Shown one piece after another: positions 50,189 through 63,622 of a stretch of 64,000 nucleotides of DNA. The first letter of the stretch is position 1. The number at the start of each line of letters is the position of its first letter. The notes under the pieces are model-generated. The model was not told the DNA's origin, searched no databases, and saw nothing but the letters and a program-made list of their open reading frames with translations. The stretch is from Octopus bimaculoides. Its lineage: Eukaryota. The stretch covers positions 87,288,857-87,352,856 of the forward strand of contig NC_068983.1 in assembly GCF_001194135.2 (NCBI RefSeq), read 5' to 3'. The position numbers and the translations under genes were made by a program.

Positions 50189-50510
50189 TGAAGGTGTGTG
50201 GCTTAGTGGTTAGGGTAAGCAGCTCATGATTGTAAGGTCATGAGTTTGATTCCTGGCACTGCATTGTGTCCTTGAGCAAGATATTTACTTCACGTTGTTC
50301 CAGTTCACTCAACTGGTAAAAATGAGTTGTTTCTGTAATTCAAAAAGACAGTCTTGTCACATTCTGTGTTATGCTGAATCTCCCTGAGAACTATGTTAAG
50401 GGTATGTGTGTCTGTGGAGTACTCAGCCACATATATGTTAGTTTCATGAGCTGGCTGTTCTGCTGATTGGATCAACTGGAATCCTTGTCTTAGTAACCGA
50501 CGGAGTGTCA
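50189..50510 (+). mobile_element. tRNA-derived SINE just upstream of the MTHFR first coding exon
   Basis: gtgtggcttagtggttaggg A box, gagtttgattcc B box, tail ...gacggagtgtca. Confidence 0.8.
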
Positions 50511-51281
50511 TATAAACATATGTATATCATCATCACCATCATACTCATCAGATCATGCCTGTTTTCCATGCTGGTATGTGTTGGACAGTTTGACAGGCTT
50601 CAACACATGGAGGACTACAGCAAGCTCCAAGTCTTCTTTGGCATGGTTTCTACAAGTGGATGCCCTTCCTAATACCAACTACTTTACAGAGTGTACTGAT
50701 ATTGGCATTAGTGAAGTTGTCAAGTAACTAGCAAGACAAAGAAAAAAGAAGCACCTCAACTGAGTGGGGTTGTGATAGAGGGGGGTAAGTGGGGGTTGTG
50801 GTAGAGGGGGTAAGGAGGGATTGTGATAGAGGGGCTAAGTGTCTTTGTGTCGGATTTTGAGAGAGACTAACACAGGTGCCTTGCTAATAGAAGAGATACA
50901 TGGCTACCTTACATTAAATAAGAGTGGGTGAAAGTAGCTGGAAAGAGATAAAGATGTGAGGAGGTGTCAGAGTGTATTTTCAAAGTACAAGAAGGTGAGA
51001 GAATATGGACTGAGGACTGGGAGGAGTGGGTGGATAAGAGAGTGATAGATGATTAGAGTTGGGAGTGGAAGTGAATGTAGTGAGTAATGTACAAGGGTAT
51101 AAGCATGGTCAATGGTAAATATCAGTATGGGGAGAAGGTAAGAGAAATAGCTAAGGAAAGGGGTGGTGATAAGTGGCGATATGTAGAAACATGTAGATAG
51201 ATCACAGACAATCTCACAGGCTAATAAAAAGCTGCCAGGTAGGGATTTCATAACAAGTAAACTAAGAATATAACTAAAACT

Positions 51282-51560
51282 GGCATTCCATCAGATACAA
51301 CAAGGGTTTCAGTTGATCCAATCAATGGAACAGCCTGCTCATGAAATTAACATGCAAGTGGCTGAGCACTCCATAGACATGCATACCCTTAATGTAATTC
51401 TCAAGGAGATTCAGCATGACACAGAATGTGACAAGGCTGACCCACTGAAATATGGGTACTACTCATTTTTGCCAGCTGAGTGGACTGGAACAATGTGAAA
51501 TAAAGTGTCTTGCTCAAGACACAATGTGCCACCGAGAATCAGCTCAGACCTTATGATCAC
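51282..51560 (-). mobile_element. tRNA-derived SINE, same family as 50189-50510, inverted
   Basis: tggcattccatcag...cagttgatccaatcaatggaacagcctgctcatg. Confidence 0.8.
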
Positions 51561-52199
51561 GAGCTTTCAAGAAGACTACAACCAATTAATAATATAATTA
51601 AATGAACTAATTTCCCCTATGACCTGAGTTACTTCAAGCAGAGCCAGTGATGCAAGTGAAGCCGTAGGTAAGAATGTATTAGCTTTGTATGGTTTTAACA
51701 ATCTCAGGATATAAACCTTTGGTTTTATTGAATGAAGATATATCAGTTAAGCTGCATGTTGTTCCTGAATCATTGATGAACGAGGTGACAATGACATTCA
51801 TCTTAATTTCCTGTTGTGGAAACCGATCACTATCATTTGATTGAACATAAATTCATCATTGATCATCAACAGTACTTTTACATATAACATATTGCAATTG
51901 TCCTTCATTTTGATGAGGGCATGTGAAACAATTGTTTTCTTGATTTTCATACGGTTGCTACATGGTTGATTTCTTTCTGTTAAATGAGTAGCAAATTTCC
52001 TTCTTTGCTGGACGTATAGGATAAGAAAACATATAAGACTTTGAACAACATCCATAACAGAATATTTTTTAATAATTGTAAATCTGAGATTAACTAATCC
52101 AAGCATCACTAACTTCATATACGTGGACATGCTTTCTTCCATGTCAACTGTTTGCTGTTTATCTAGATCATATATCTGCACCAATGCCAAAACAAATAG

Positions 52200-54048
52200 G
52201 TACAAGATTCCAAAGGAGAGGAAGATCCTCAGGATACGAAGGTTGCAAATCGTCTCAACCAGCATCCCAAAAGTAGCGAAACGTCCCGCCTAAAAACAAC
52301 ACTGATGAAGATTGAAAAAAGGCTGCAACAATCCTATGTGAGGGAGAGAGCAGACAAAGAAGTCTGGGTTATAAAAAATATTAAGTCAAACCCAAAGGCC
52401 TTCTTTCATTATGCGAAAGAAACAGCCTCAGTACGCTGCAAGATAGGACCCTTCTTCGGAAAGGATGGCTCCCTCACAGACAGTCCAACTAGGATCAGTG
52501 AGGTACTGAATGACCATTTCAAAAGTGTCTTCACCACCCCGCTGGAACACAGACAAGTGAACGAACCAGTGGACTTCTTTGCCACCTCCCCTATAACCAG
52601 CGAGACAGTTAAGATGGAATACATCGACATTAGCAAAGAAGATGTACTACTAGCTATAGATGAAGTGGACACAAACTCAACTGCTGGTCCTGATGGTTTC
52701 CCAGCAATCCTCCTCAAATTGTGTAAGCATGCCCTGGCAAAACCCCTCCAGATTCTCTTCCAGAGCTTTCTTGCAAATGGCAGACAGCCAAGCAAGCTGA
52801 AGGCGGGAATAATATGCCCAATCCATTAAGGGGGAAGCAGAGCAGATGTCAAAAACTATAAGCCTATCTCTCTGACTTTACACATCATCAATGTCATGGA
52901 ACGGATAGTCAGAGGAAAACTAATTGCATTCCTTGAAGAAAATAACTTGTTGAATGATACCCAGCATGGCTTTCGACCAGGTAGGAGCTGCCTGACCCAG
53001 CTCTTACAACATTATGACTGGGTGTTGAGGCAGTTACTCAACAACTCAAATGTGGACGTACTATACCTTGATTTTGCAAAAGCTTTTGACAAAGTGGATC
53101 ATGGTATGATATGCCACAAACTGCATGATCTTGGCATAGCTGGAAAACTTGGAGAGTGATTAAATGACTTTCTGAAAGATAGAAGTCAGGCAGTAGTGGC
53201 TAATGGAGCCACCTCTATGAAAATACAAATAGTGAGCGGTGTTCCACAGGGCACTGTCTTGTGACTACTGCTTTTTATAGTGGCCCTCTCAGATATGCTC
53301 TCAAGTTCCCAGATAGCCACCCTTGCAAGCTATGCAGACAATATGAAAGTCTTGCAGAAAATACAGAACCCCAGCAATGTTGCATATCTGCAGCAGGAGT
53401 TGGACTCAATTTACAGATGGACTGAGGATAATAATATGCAGTTTAATGCTGAAAAATTCCAAACCCTGCGCTACCAGCATCCAAAACTGAATATGAAACT
53501 TACATGGTACACTGGTCCACAGGGGATTACAATCCCAGAGCCTAAATCAGTGAGGGACCTGGGTACCACATGCGTGATGATACCTCTTTCCAAGTGCACA
53601 TTATCAGGATGGCGACAAAGTGCAGACAACTGGCTGGATGGATCCTGAGAGCATTCAGAACCATAGATAAGGAAACCATGATGGTCCTCAGGAGGACATT
53701 TGTCCTCGGCCGCCAAGATTACTGCTCACAGCTATGGTCACCCACCAGTGTGAAATTAACAGCGGATCTTGAAGCAATCTAGAGAAGATTCACAAAGAAG
53801 ATCGTCTCTTTGCAACTGCTCAGCTACTGGGAAAGGCTGAAACAGCTATGACTCTACTCCCTGGAGAGGAGGTGAGAGAGGTATGCAGTAATATACATCT
53901 GGAAGATCCTGGAAGGAATTGTGCCAAATTTTGGCATTGAAAGCTACACCAATGCCAGAACAGGACGACACTGCATAGTGCCAAAGATCCCAGCAATGCC
54001 ATCGCGCTTCAGGACCAGTTACTGCAACAGTTTGGGTTTCAGGGGCCC
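52200..54048 (+). mobile_element. CR1-group LINE reverse transcriptase region with stops and frameshifts, truncated by a gap
   Basis: AGPDG, QHGFRPGRSCLTQLL, YLDFAKAFDKVDH, GVPQGTVL and YADNMK motifs. Confidence 0.93.
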
Positions 54049-54661
54049 NNNNNNNNNNNNNNNNNNNNNNNNNNNNNNNNNNNNNNNNNNNNNNNNNNNN
54101 NNNNNNNNNNNNNNNNNNNNNNNNNNNNNNNNNNNNNNNNNNNNNNNNNNNNNNNNNNNNNNNNNNNNNNNNNNNNNNNNNNNNNNNNNNNNNNNNNNNN
54201 NNNNNNNNNNNNNNNNNNNNNNNNNNNNNNNNNNNNNNNNNNNNNNNNNNNNNNNNNNNNNNNNNNNNNNNNNNNNNNNNNNNNNNNNNNNNNNNNNNNN
54301 NNNNNNNNNNNNNNNNNNNNNNNNNNNNNNNNNNNNNNNNNNNNNNNNNNNNNNNNNNNNNNNNNNNNNNNNNNNNNNNNNNNNNNNNNNNNNNNNNNNN
54401 NNNNNNNNNNNNNNNNNNNNNNNNNNNNNNNNNNNNNNNNNNNNNNNNNNNNNNNNNNNNNNNNNNNNNNNNNNNNNNNNNNNNNNNNNNNNNNNNNNNN
54501 NNNNNNNNNNNNNNNNNNNNNNNNNNNNNNNNNNNNNNNNNNNNNNNNNNNNNNNNNNNNNNNNNNNNNNNNNNNNNNNNNNNNNNNNNNNNNNNNNNNN
54601 NNNNNNNNNNNNNNNNNNNNNNNNNNNNNNNNNNNNNNNNNNNNNNNNNNNNNNNNNNNNN
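54049..54661. other. Assembly gap (N run)
   Basis: Direct reading. Confidence 1.
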
Positions 54662-54928
54662 AACCACTCAGAGAGTGTAGTGGGTGCTTTTACATGTCAC
54701 CCGCACGAAAACGGCCACGCTCGAAATGGTGTCTTTTATGTGCCACCCGCACAGGCCAGTCCAGGGGCACTGGCAACGATCTCGCTCGAAAATCCTACGG
54801 GAGCCAGTCAGGCGGTACTGGCAACGGCCACGCTCAAAATGGTGCATCTCATGTGCCACCCGCACAAGAGCCAGTCCAGGGGCACTGGCAACGATCTTAC
54901 TTGGCTTGCCGGGTCTTCTCACGCACAG

Positions 54929-54960
<32 letters not shown>

Positions 54961-54981
54961 GTAAATAGACATATATATATA

Positions 54982-55785
54982 TACTAGCAGCTAAACCCGG
55001 TTTCACCCGGTCTGTTTGGATCATGTGGCTGTGCTAATCATTAAAAGATTTATTTAATTATGAACATAGAAAGAAATTATACATTAATTGCAATTTTTGT
55101 AAGCAGTTTTATCTGTAAAGATTTTATTTGCAGAGAGCAGAAATTGAAATATATATGAAATGGATGTGCGTATGGGTGTGTGGGTGTGTATGTGAGAGAG
55201 AAAGATGGTAAGAAAGAGAGATGGAGTGAATGAGTGAACTGGTGTGTCATCGACTTATGTTGGCTGGCACAGCAAGTACGAAGCTTTTGAGGTGGCGATC
55301 TTTTGATGTGGGTGTTGAATGAAGAAACATGGACAGTTTTATGACTGAACTTCTTTTAAAGTTGTGGTGAGAGGTGAGAATTGATGTGCGTGCGTGTGTG
55401 TGAGTGTGTATGTTTGATGCGGTGTGCACGACAGAGAGAGTAATGTTAATGGTGTATGTGCATATGAGAGAGAGAGAAAAAAAAAAGAAAGAAAGAAAGA
55501 GAGAGAGAGATAGATTAAATTTATCATTCAGTTTATTTATTTATTATGTATATATGTATGAATGGCTTCAGTGACACACACGCACGCACACAGGTTGTTT
55601 TAATCGATTTTCTCTGTAAGTATGGGGGCTAGGCAAAAATAGAAAGTGCGTTCCAATCTTTGCACCCGTCTCCACATGTGTGCCATTTTTCACGTGAATC
55701 CACCCAGCCGTTTGGCCGTGAACCTCAAGACAAGAAAGAATACAACAGTCGGCCAACTTCAATTTATATTATGGAAAAATAGACA
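54982..55785. mobile_element. Non-autonomous Helitron/Helentron-like element
   Basis: Starts TACTAGCAGCTAAACCCGGTTTCACCCGG (subterminal IR); internal microsatellites; ends with cagccgtttggccgtg...tttatattat; inserted in (TA)n. Classification is by general resemblance only. Confidence 0.5.
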
Positions 55786-55801
55786 TATATATATATATAT
55801 A

Positions 55802-56557
55802 NNNNNNNNNNNNNNNNNNNNNNNNNNNNNNNNNNNNNNNNNNNNNNNNNNNNNNNNNNNNNNNNNNNNNNNNNNNNNNNNNNNNNNNNNNNNNNNNNNN
55901 NNNNNNNNNNNNNNNNNNNNNNNNNNNNNNNNNNNNNNNNNNNNNNNNNNNNNNNNNNNNNNNNNNNNNNNNNNNNNNNNNNNNNNNNNNNNNNNNNNNN
56001 NNNNNNNNNNNNNNNNNNNNNNNNNNNNNNNNNNNNNNNNNNNNNNNNNNNNNNNNNNNNNNNNNNNNNNNNNNNNNNNNNNNNNNNNNNNNNNNNNNNN
56101 NNNNNNNNNNNNNNNNNNNNNNNNNNNNNNNNNNNNNNNNNNNNNNNNNNNNNNNNNNNNNNNNNNNNNNNNNNNNNNNNNNNNNNNNNNNNNNNNNNNN
56201 NNNNNNNNNNNNNNNNNNNNNNNNNNNNNNNNNNNNNNNNNNNNNNNNNNNNNNNNNNNNNNNNNNNNNNNNNNNNNNNNNNNNNNNNNNNNNNNNNNNN
56301 NNNNNNNNNNNNNNNNNNNNNNNNNNNNNNNNNNNNNNNNNNNNNNNNNNNNNNNNNNNNNNNNNNNNNNNNNNNNNNNNNNNNNNNNNNNNNNNNNNNN
56401 NNNNNNNNNNNNNNNNNNNNNNNNNNNNNNNNNNNNNNNNNNNNNNNNNNNNNNNNNNNNNNNNNNNNNNNNNNNNNNNNNNNNNNNNNNNNNNNNNNNN
56501 NNNNNNNNNNNNNNNNNNNNNNNNNNNNNNNNNNNNNNNNNNNNNNNNNNNNNNNNN
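55802..56557. other. Assembly gap (N run) within (TA)n
   Basis: Direct reading. Confidence 1.
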
Positions 56558-56602
<45 letters not shown>

Positions 56603-56633
56603 TTTATACATATATATACATATATATACATAC

Positions 56634-56664
<31 letters not shown>

Positions 56665-56713
56665 CATATATATTTACATACATATATATACATACATATA
56701 TACATATATATAT

Positions 56714-56892
56714 TGTTACGAACGCCTGCACACGAAGCACCTCCTTAACACCGAAGAGGGGACTCGCGCACGCTCGAACGTTCAACACTCAGTGAGCTAG
56801 CAAATTCGTCTGTCGATCACCTGACCGCAATAATAAAGCCCTGGCTGGAGCACGTAATGAAGAACAACACAGGCAAATAGGACGGGGAGGAA
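56714..56892 (+). mobile_element. LTR-like fragment cut by a gap
   Basis: Begins TGTTACGAACGCC directly after (TA)n and contains AATAAA. Confidence 0.4.
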
Positions 56893-56992
56893 NNNNNNNN
56901 NNNNNNNNNNNNNNNNNNNNNNNNNNNNNNNNNNNNNNNNNNNNNNNNNNNNNNNNNNNNNNNNNNNNNNNNNNNNNNNNNNNNNNNNNNNN
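56893..56992. other. Assembly gap (100 N)
   Basis: Direct reading. Confidence 1.
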
Positions 56993-57348
56993 TGTGTGTG
57001 TGTGTGTGTGTGTGTGTGTGTCACTTAACGTTGTGGAAGGAATTAGTAGCAGGAATAATTTGAGAGTGGTTGTGGGCGATGGTCAGTAGAAAGTGAGCAG
57101 GCAGTTTTTGCGTATGTGTATGTTGTGTGAGTGTGTGCCTGTATTTGTATGTGCGTGTGTGAATGTGTATATGTGTGTATATGCGTGCGGTTTGCTTTAT
57201 GGATCACATGTGGGTTATTTTTTGTGTGTGTGCGTGTATGTGCGTAGTATGTAAGTCCATGTAGGTGCGTGTATGTGTTAATGTTTGTTGTGTGTGTATG
57301 TGAGTTATGTGTGGGTTCATTTGCATGTGTGTCCATGTATGTATACTT

Positions 57349-57382
<34 letters not shown>

Positions 57383-58251
57383 GAGTTATGTGTGGGTTCA
57401 TTTGCATGTGTGTATGAGTTCGTTTCTACATGTGTGTGTATGCGTCTTGTGCATGTGTATGTGTGTGTGCGTGTGATGTGTGCGTGTGTGTGGATGTGCA
57501 TGCACGTGTGTGTGTGGGATTGTGAGTGTTGGGTACGTCTGCGTGTGTGTGTATATGTGCCTGTGTGTGTGCATTTTTTTGTGCTTGTGTGTATGTGTAT
57601 GTGTATATTGTGTATATTTTTGTGCGTGCGTGTGTGTATATGTGCGTTCCTGTGTACGTGTGTGTGTGCGTGCATTGTTTATGCCCATATGTGTGTAATT
57701 GTATGTGTGTCTGTGTGAGTGTGTGTTGTGTTTGTGGGAGGTATGTGTGCGTGCGTGTGCGAGTATGTGTGTGTATGTGCGTATGTATATGTGTGTGTGC
57801 GTTTGAATAAAGAAAAGTTTTTCATTGAAAAATACAGAACATGTCTAAATATGCACGTATAACCAACTTTCATTTTTAAACATATTTTAATTCATGATTA
57901 CATACCCATCCCTGTACATATTTCTCCCCACCACTCTAGCTTTTGAATTTTTGTGTATATATACATATTTCTCCCACCCGCCGAAAACTGAACAATTATC
58001 TCCCCAGTATACAATAATAATCATAACTAATTATCTCCCCTTAGATTTTTCTAATTGTTGAATTGTACATTCATGAACTCCACATACAACAAGGACAAAA
58101 AAATTCTTTTTAAGAAAATATGTATCTAATAAAATTTTAATGTCATGAATAGCGAAAGTGAAACCAGTCAACAAACACAATACAAGATATATTAAAAATT
58201 ATATGAAAACTATGTAAAGTGGGTGCATTTTTCTTCTTTAATTTCTTATAG

Positions 58252-58300
<49 letters not shown>

Positions 58301-58507
58301 TATGTATAGAGAGACGTGTATATATATATATATAAATATATACATAGACATATATGTAGAGAGAGAGACGTGTATATATATAGACATATATATATATATA
58401 TACAGACATATACACACACACACACATATATATATATAGGCATGTATATATACACAGACATATATGTGTATATATATAGATATATACATACATATATAGA
58501 TATAAGA

Positions 58508-58538
<31 letters not shown>

Positions 58539-58625
58539 CAGACATATATATATATATAGATATATATAGCCATATATATATATATATATACATACACACA
58601 CACATGTAGACATATATATACACAT
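56993..58625. repeat. Degenerate (TG)n and (TA)n/(CA)n microsatellite fields
   Basis: About 57000-57800 TG-rich and 58250-58625 TA-rich; these generate spurious CV/YI ORFs. Confidence 0.95.
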
Positions 58626-58629
58626 GAGT

Positions 58630-59620
58630 TCGTATGTGATTGATCCCCTGTTGGAGACAGTTAAGTAAATATTCTTTGGGACCTTGATTTTAAGCACGTT
58701 TTTCAATCTTTTAAGGATAATCATTGTTTTCAACACCTTTGCTGCAGCATTAACATACAACGCAGCAGTAAAACGAGCTTCAGTAGCACCACAGTGGCTA
58801 ATATCTATATTTTTATTGCCAAAAAATCTATGGTTGCTGAACTCAACATGTCAAAGTATACAGGTGTTTCATCTATATTATAAATCTGCTCAGTATCCTT
58901 ATCTGCTGTTAATACTGGAATGCTATCTAGATACTCACTGGTGATTTGTGCCTTTTCTTCAAGTGTTTTATTGTCTGCTTGACCAACATGTGTACTCTTT
59001 CACACAGTCAGTTTATTCCATTTCATGAAGTTGAAAATCCATTTATCAGAACATCTAAAGCTGTTCATTTCAATCCCAAACCTTTTTACCAATTCAAAAG
59101 TATATTCCCGTAAACAGTGATAATTCACAATTATATTGTTTTGCACGCTGAACAATAATCCTCTGTAAGAGTTCAATCTCTAGATCATTAAGTGCTGGTC
59201 CTCTACCTCCACCAATTAATCTGCGCCTCCTCTTGTCTGACATATGGATTAACTCAGTTTCTTTTGTGCACCATTCTCTCAATCGTTTTCTATCAATACA
59301 TGTCTCTTGATGCAGCAGATAAATTGCCAGAATGTTCTTTCACTTGTTTAATAGCACTCAATTTTTCACTAATGGTATATGATCATTGAACATGTTTTGA
59401 TATATTTTCTTTCGACTCCATTAATGAGAATAAAAACCCTTTGAATTTATCTACAGACATGGAGCAAATGAACATCTAAACAGAATGCAAACAAGAACAC
59501 TAGCTCTGTTTCAACTTTTAACCTCAAATAACAACCCATCTAAATAAACACCCACGGGCGATCTAATGGATGGGCAGATTTTCGGAAAACCCCGGTACTA
59601 GGCTCATTGAAGTTTAATAA
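58630..59620 (-). mobile_element. Decayed pogo-like transposon (Brinker-type DBD, CENP-B HTH, DDE start)
   Basis: KRRRRLIGGGRGPALNDLEIELLQRI, KWIFNFMKWNKLT and [14 protein letters not shown] motifs. Confidence 0.8.
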
Positions 59621-59652
59621 AAATTTATAATTGGATGGTTACTGCCCCTAGA

Positions 59653-60230
59653 TTAGATTCTCAGAAGCTCAAGTGAAGTTGTTTTAATTGTGAACCTATC
59701 TCCTTGTTTGAAAAGGAAATCTGAGCTTTGAAGTTGGTTGGTGCATGTTCCACAGTTTGGGTGTCCACATTTTTTAACCCTTGATTTCGTGGTTGTTGTG
59801 TAAAGTTTCATATTTGTTAGAAGTCTCTTTAGCAATTTGTGTTGCTTTTTGCATTTGATGAATGTATGTGTTTTCAGGATGTTGTTCATTTTTGGGTTTC
59901 TAGTTAGTAAAGGAGGATTTTGCCCAATAGTGTTCTATGCCTTATTGTTTCTAGGGTTGTGAGTTGATATGTAATAACCTGCTCGGGCTGTGGACATAAC
60001 TATATAGGACAGACGAGTATGGCTTTGAGATGGAGAACCACTCTACATAAAGAGCAGATCTGGTTCCCTCAATATAAATTCCTTTAAGTGAACACATAGA
60101 GAGATGTGCAGGTAACATCAAACCAAATTTCAGTTTCCCCCTTCAATCAGTGCAAAGAGACAATTTCTGTACAAGAATGTTTAAATAAAGAAAATTTATT
60201 CATCAAAAAATACAGAACACGTCTAGATAT
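59653..60230. mobile_element. Penelope-like element 3' part (GIY-YIG) with internal inversion
   Basis: Minus 59960 to 59653: KCGHPNCGTC...SENLI. Plus 59968 to 60228: YVITCSGCGHNYIGQT...KYRTRLD. A related 3' end lies at about 57805-57860. Confidence 0.8.
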
Positions 60231-60289
60231 ATATATATATATTGAACTCAGCAAGACAGGAGTGTGAAACCAAAAGGCAATGCAATGTT

Positions 60290-60930
60290 TGGAAAAGAGT
60301 GTTTATGAGTGAATGTGGTGTGAAGATTTATCAAGGCAAATCAAAGTGCAAATAGCAACTGCTTGTCAGTCAGTGGAGGACCAGGGCCTGGAGGCACATT
60401 ACAATGTCCAGGATGAATTTGAAACCCAGAGGGCTTTGAGAAGAAACAACAGTTGAATTTGCCACTGGCAACAGATCTGAGATTAGGTGAGGACCTGTAC
60501 AATATTCTGAAAGGTGATGCAACCAGGAAGATAAGAACTATGGTGCAAGTGGTATACAAGGCATGTCAAGATACCTTTGGTATGAAGAAATGAAAAACCA
60601 ACAAGCAGCATGGTTCCATAGGAGACAGTGCTAGATTGCAGAATGGAGAAAAGAGCTAAGACAGTAGAAGAAAAAATTAAAAGATGCTGAAGAAAAAGTG
60701 ACTTTAAACCAGTTTAGACTTACAAAGAACCTGTTCTAGTCATACAGAGCAAATGTAAAGGCAAAGGAAGGCCCTTTTTAACAGACCATAGCTGACTTGG
60801 TCAGCAAGCCAAGAAGTGAGAAGTAAACATATTCCAAGGAAGAGGTGGAGAGCAGAGTAGCAGCAGTACATGTTGACTTCAGAAAAAATATTCCATCGGG
60901 AAAGTATCCCACCTAACTGCCAATGTACAA
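60290..60930 (+). mobile_element. HERO/NeSL-like (RLE-type) non-LTR retrotransposon N-terminal fragment
   Basis: GVKIYQGKSKC zinc-finger remnant, LKGDATRKIRTMVQVVYKACQDTFG and KEEVESRV; no RT retained. Confidence 0.55.
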
Positions 60931-61419
60931 ACTTCATACCCACTTCAACATGGCAGATTTCATTTTCATTTTATTTCTATTCAATAGCATTGATTTCTGC
61001 CGTGTGTGTGTAAGCCTATCTTTGTATGTATGTGTATTTTTATATATATGCATTAAATTTATATCTATAGGCCTATTCTTGTTTAGGGGGCCCATGTCTT
61101 TAGACCATGGCAATCATCGACCTCCACCTGCTTCTATCCTATAAGTAACTCAGTCTTTCAGTAGTCTACTGCTAAAGTCATTGATGGCTACATCCTTTCA
61201 GTTTCTTCGTAGTCTCTATGAATTCAGTTAAGCTTTACTATTTCAAAACCTAAACTATGGAACATCCCTATAGGATTAAGTTTGAGTAAAACAGTCTCAA
61301 AATGAAGCCAACAATCAAGATGAATGTACAGAAATAACTTGGTTATCCTGAACGACCGAAACAAATCAACATGCATAAATTTATTCCTTTTGATTCTATA
61401 ATTGTGATGGTTAATTAAA

Positions 61420-63622
61420 CTCCGACAACCAGCTCTCTACTGAGGACTTTGCTGCAGCCTTCAAGGGTTTATCCAAATTGAAGCTCATTAACTGAATCCC
61501 TAAGGGAGCTTGGAATAGCTTTGCTTGTGCGCTCTCCAGCTTGTTGAAAAACATGTTTATCCAACAATGCATCCAACTGGCAGAAACTGTTCCCTTGCAT
61601 CTCTCTCCATGTGCACAATGTGAAATTAGGCTCCCTGACATCCTCTCTCAAGTGACAGTTCCAGTTATTTGAGTTCACCCCGACCACATCTCACCTCAAT
61701 TTGACATCGAACATGGTGCTTACCGACAGGCAACCAATAAGCCTCAAGTGTGCAGTCAATGCCAAATTCAGCGAATTTGACATAAAAAGGGCTGTCTGTC
61801 TCCTCTCTTCTCTATCCATGTGAATCTGAGTCTTTTACACGTCTGAGAGAAAAGCACCCACTGGCACCCCTATATAATCAACTAAACTGGCCCGATCCCC
61901 CAGAATACTTGAGACTGGTCTTCACCTCTGATAACAGCAGAAAGGTGATTTCATCCTTCCCTGCTGGTTCAGGTGCAGGAGTTGATGGCCTTCGGCCTCA
62001 ACACCTCAAGAATAGTATCTCCTTATTGGCTGGTGATGCTGGACTTGAGGTATTGGAGAATTTGACTTAGTTTGTGAACCAGTTCTCTTCAGTGAACGTC
62101 CTCCCCTATATCTGCCCACTATTCTTCGGTGCAAAATTATTCGGGCTCACTAAACCCAATGGAGATCTGCGCTCCATTGCAGTTGGCTGCACCTTTCGCC
62201 ATCTCACTGCAAACGTGTACTTACAATCAGTCTCTAGCTAACTGATGGAGGAATTTTCTCCCACCCAGCTAGCACTGGGCACCAAATTGGGATGTGAAGC
62301 TGCTGCCCACACTACCAGAGCCTATGCCAACTTGCCCTCCTTGTCACCCAAAGTCATCCTCAAACTTGACCTTAAGAATGGCTTCAACTCCATCAGCCGC
62401 GATGTTGCCCTCAACTTGGTAAGAGAGAAGGTACCACAACTCTACCGCCTTGCATAGTAGGCTTATCGGGAGCCCCCCTACCTCTCTTTCGATGACCAAA
62501 TCCTCAGGAGTCCAACAGGGCGACCCACTTGGGCCCCTTCTGTTTGCACTGGGCATTGATGACATCACCAAGATGGGGGTTGAGCTAGACCTCAACGTTT
62601 GGTATCTCGACAATGCTTGTTTGGGGGGACCTCCAGACAGGATTCTCACCATTGCAAACATGATGGTTGGGGAGCTTGGTTGCTGGAGTCTCCAAGTAAA
62701 GAGCTCCAGATGTGAGCTCTGGATCCTCAATCACCCAGCTTCTCAACATCAACCAACTATGGACCTTTTTGCAGAGTCCTTCCCGTCCTTTGCAGTCCCT
62801 CCCGCATTAGCTTGGTGCTCCCTAGGAGCCTCAATCACTGACCTTGCCTTTGAGTTCATCTTCAAGTCAAAGGTGGCTGCCCTTGAGCAATTGCTGAAAA
62901 ATATTGAAGCTATTGAACCCCATCAAGGTTTTTTCATACCGAGGAATTACCTCTCGATCCCTAAGCTTCTATGTTTGCTCAGAGTCAGCTTATCTTACCA
63001 ATTCCCATTGTGCCTCCGACGCTTTGACAACCTAATCTTTGATAGACTTAGTTAGTGTCAGTGTCAGACTCTCTCCAATGTCTTGCAATCAGGCTGCATT
63101 GCCCAAGTGATTTGGAGGTCTTGGTCTTCGTAAGTGTTTGTCCCTCTCTCTCACCAGCGTCTTTTTCTCCACCCATGCCTGCTCCACCCTAGTGAGCAAC
63201 ATCTATTCTCCAACATGGACCAGTTCCAACAGGGAGTTAGATGAAGCTCTCCAACACTAGACGGAATTGGGCTTGTCTGTTCCTGAGAAGGTGGAAGACT
63301 GCCGGAGTCAGAGAGCTTGGGACAACATAATTTCGAAGGCCACCTTTGATTCCCTCTTCATCCAGTTGGACCAGTTTTCAAGGTGCCGCTTACTGTCTGC
63401 TAGTGCCAAATACTCAGGTGACTGGATTGACGCCATCCCTGTGGCTAATGTTGGTGGCCTATTCAGCTTGGACGAACTTCGTGTCTCCATTGCCTTCAGA
63501 GTGGGAGCTGACGTATGTACGAGTTTGGTCTGTTGTGACAGGCTCCTCGACATCACAGGCCTCCATGGCCTTTCTTGCTGCATGAATGCTGGTCGCTTCA
63601 CGTGTCATATGGGGTTGAACAT
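61420..63622 (+). mobile_element. CRE-clade non-LTR retrotransposon (RT plus zinc-knuckle region), 3'-truncated
   Basis: IPKGA, DIKRAVCLLSS, GAGVDGLRPQHLK, LRSIAVGCTFRHL, KLDLKNGFNSISR, QQGDPLGPLLFAL, WYLD, GGLGLR and C-terminal CC..LD..GLHGLSC..GRFTCH. Confidence 0.88.

Noticed and set aside
51798-52265. 155-aa minus-strand ORF upstream of MTHFR
   Set aside because: No identifiable motifs and it overlaps the start of the antisense CR1 fragment. Cannot be supported as a gene or as MTHFR exon 0.
53846-58760. Long ORFs of 200-384 aa in the ORF track
   Set aside because: Artefacts of N-gaps and TA/TG microsatellites.
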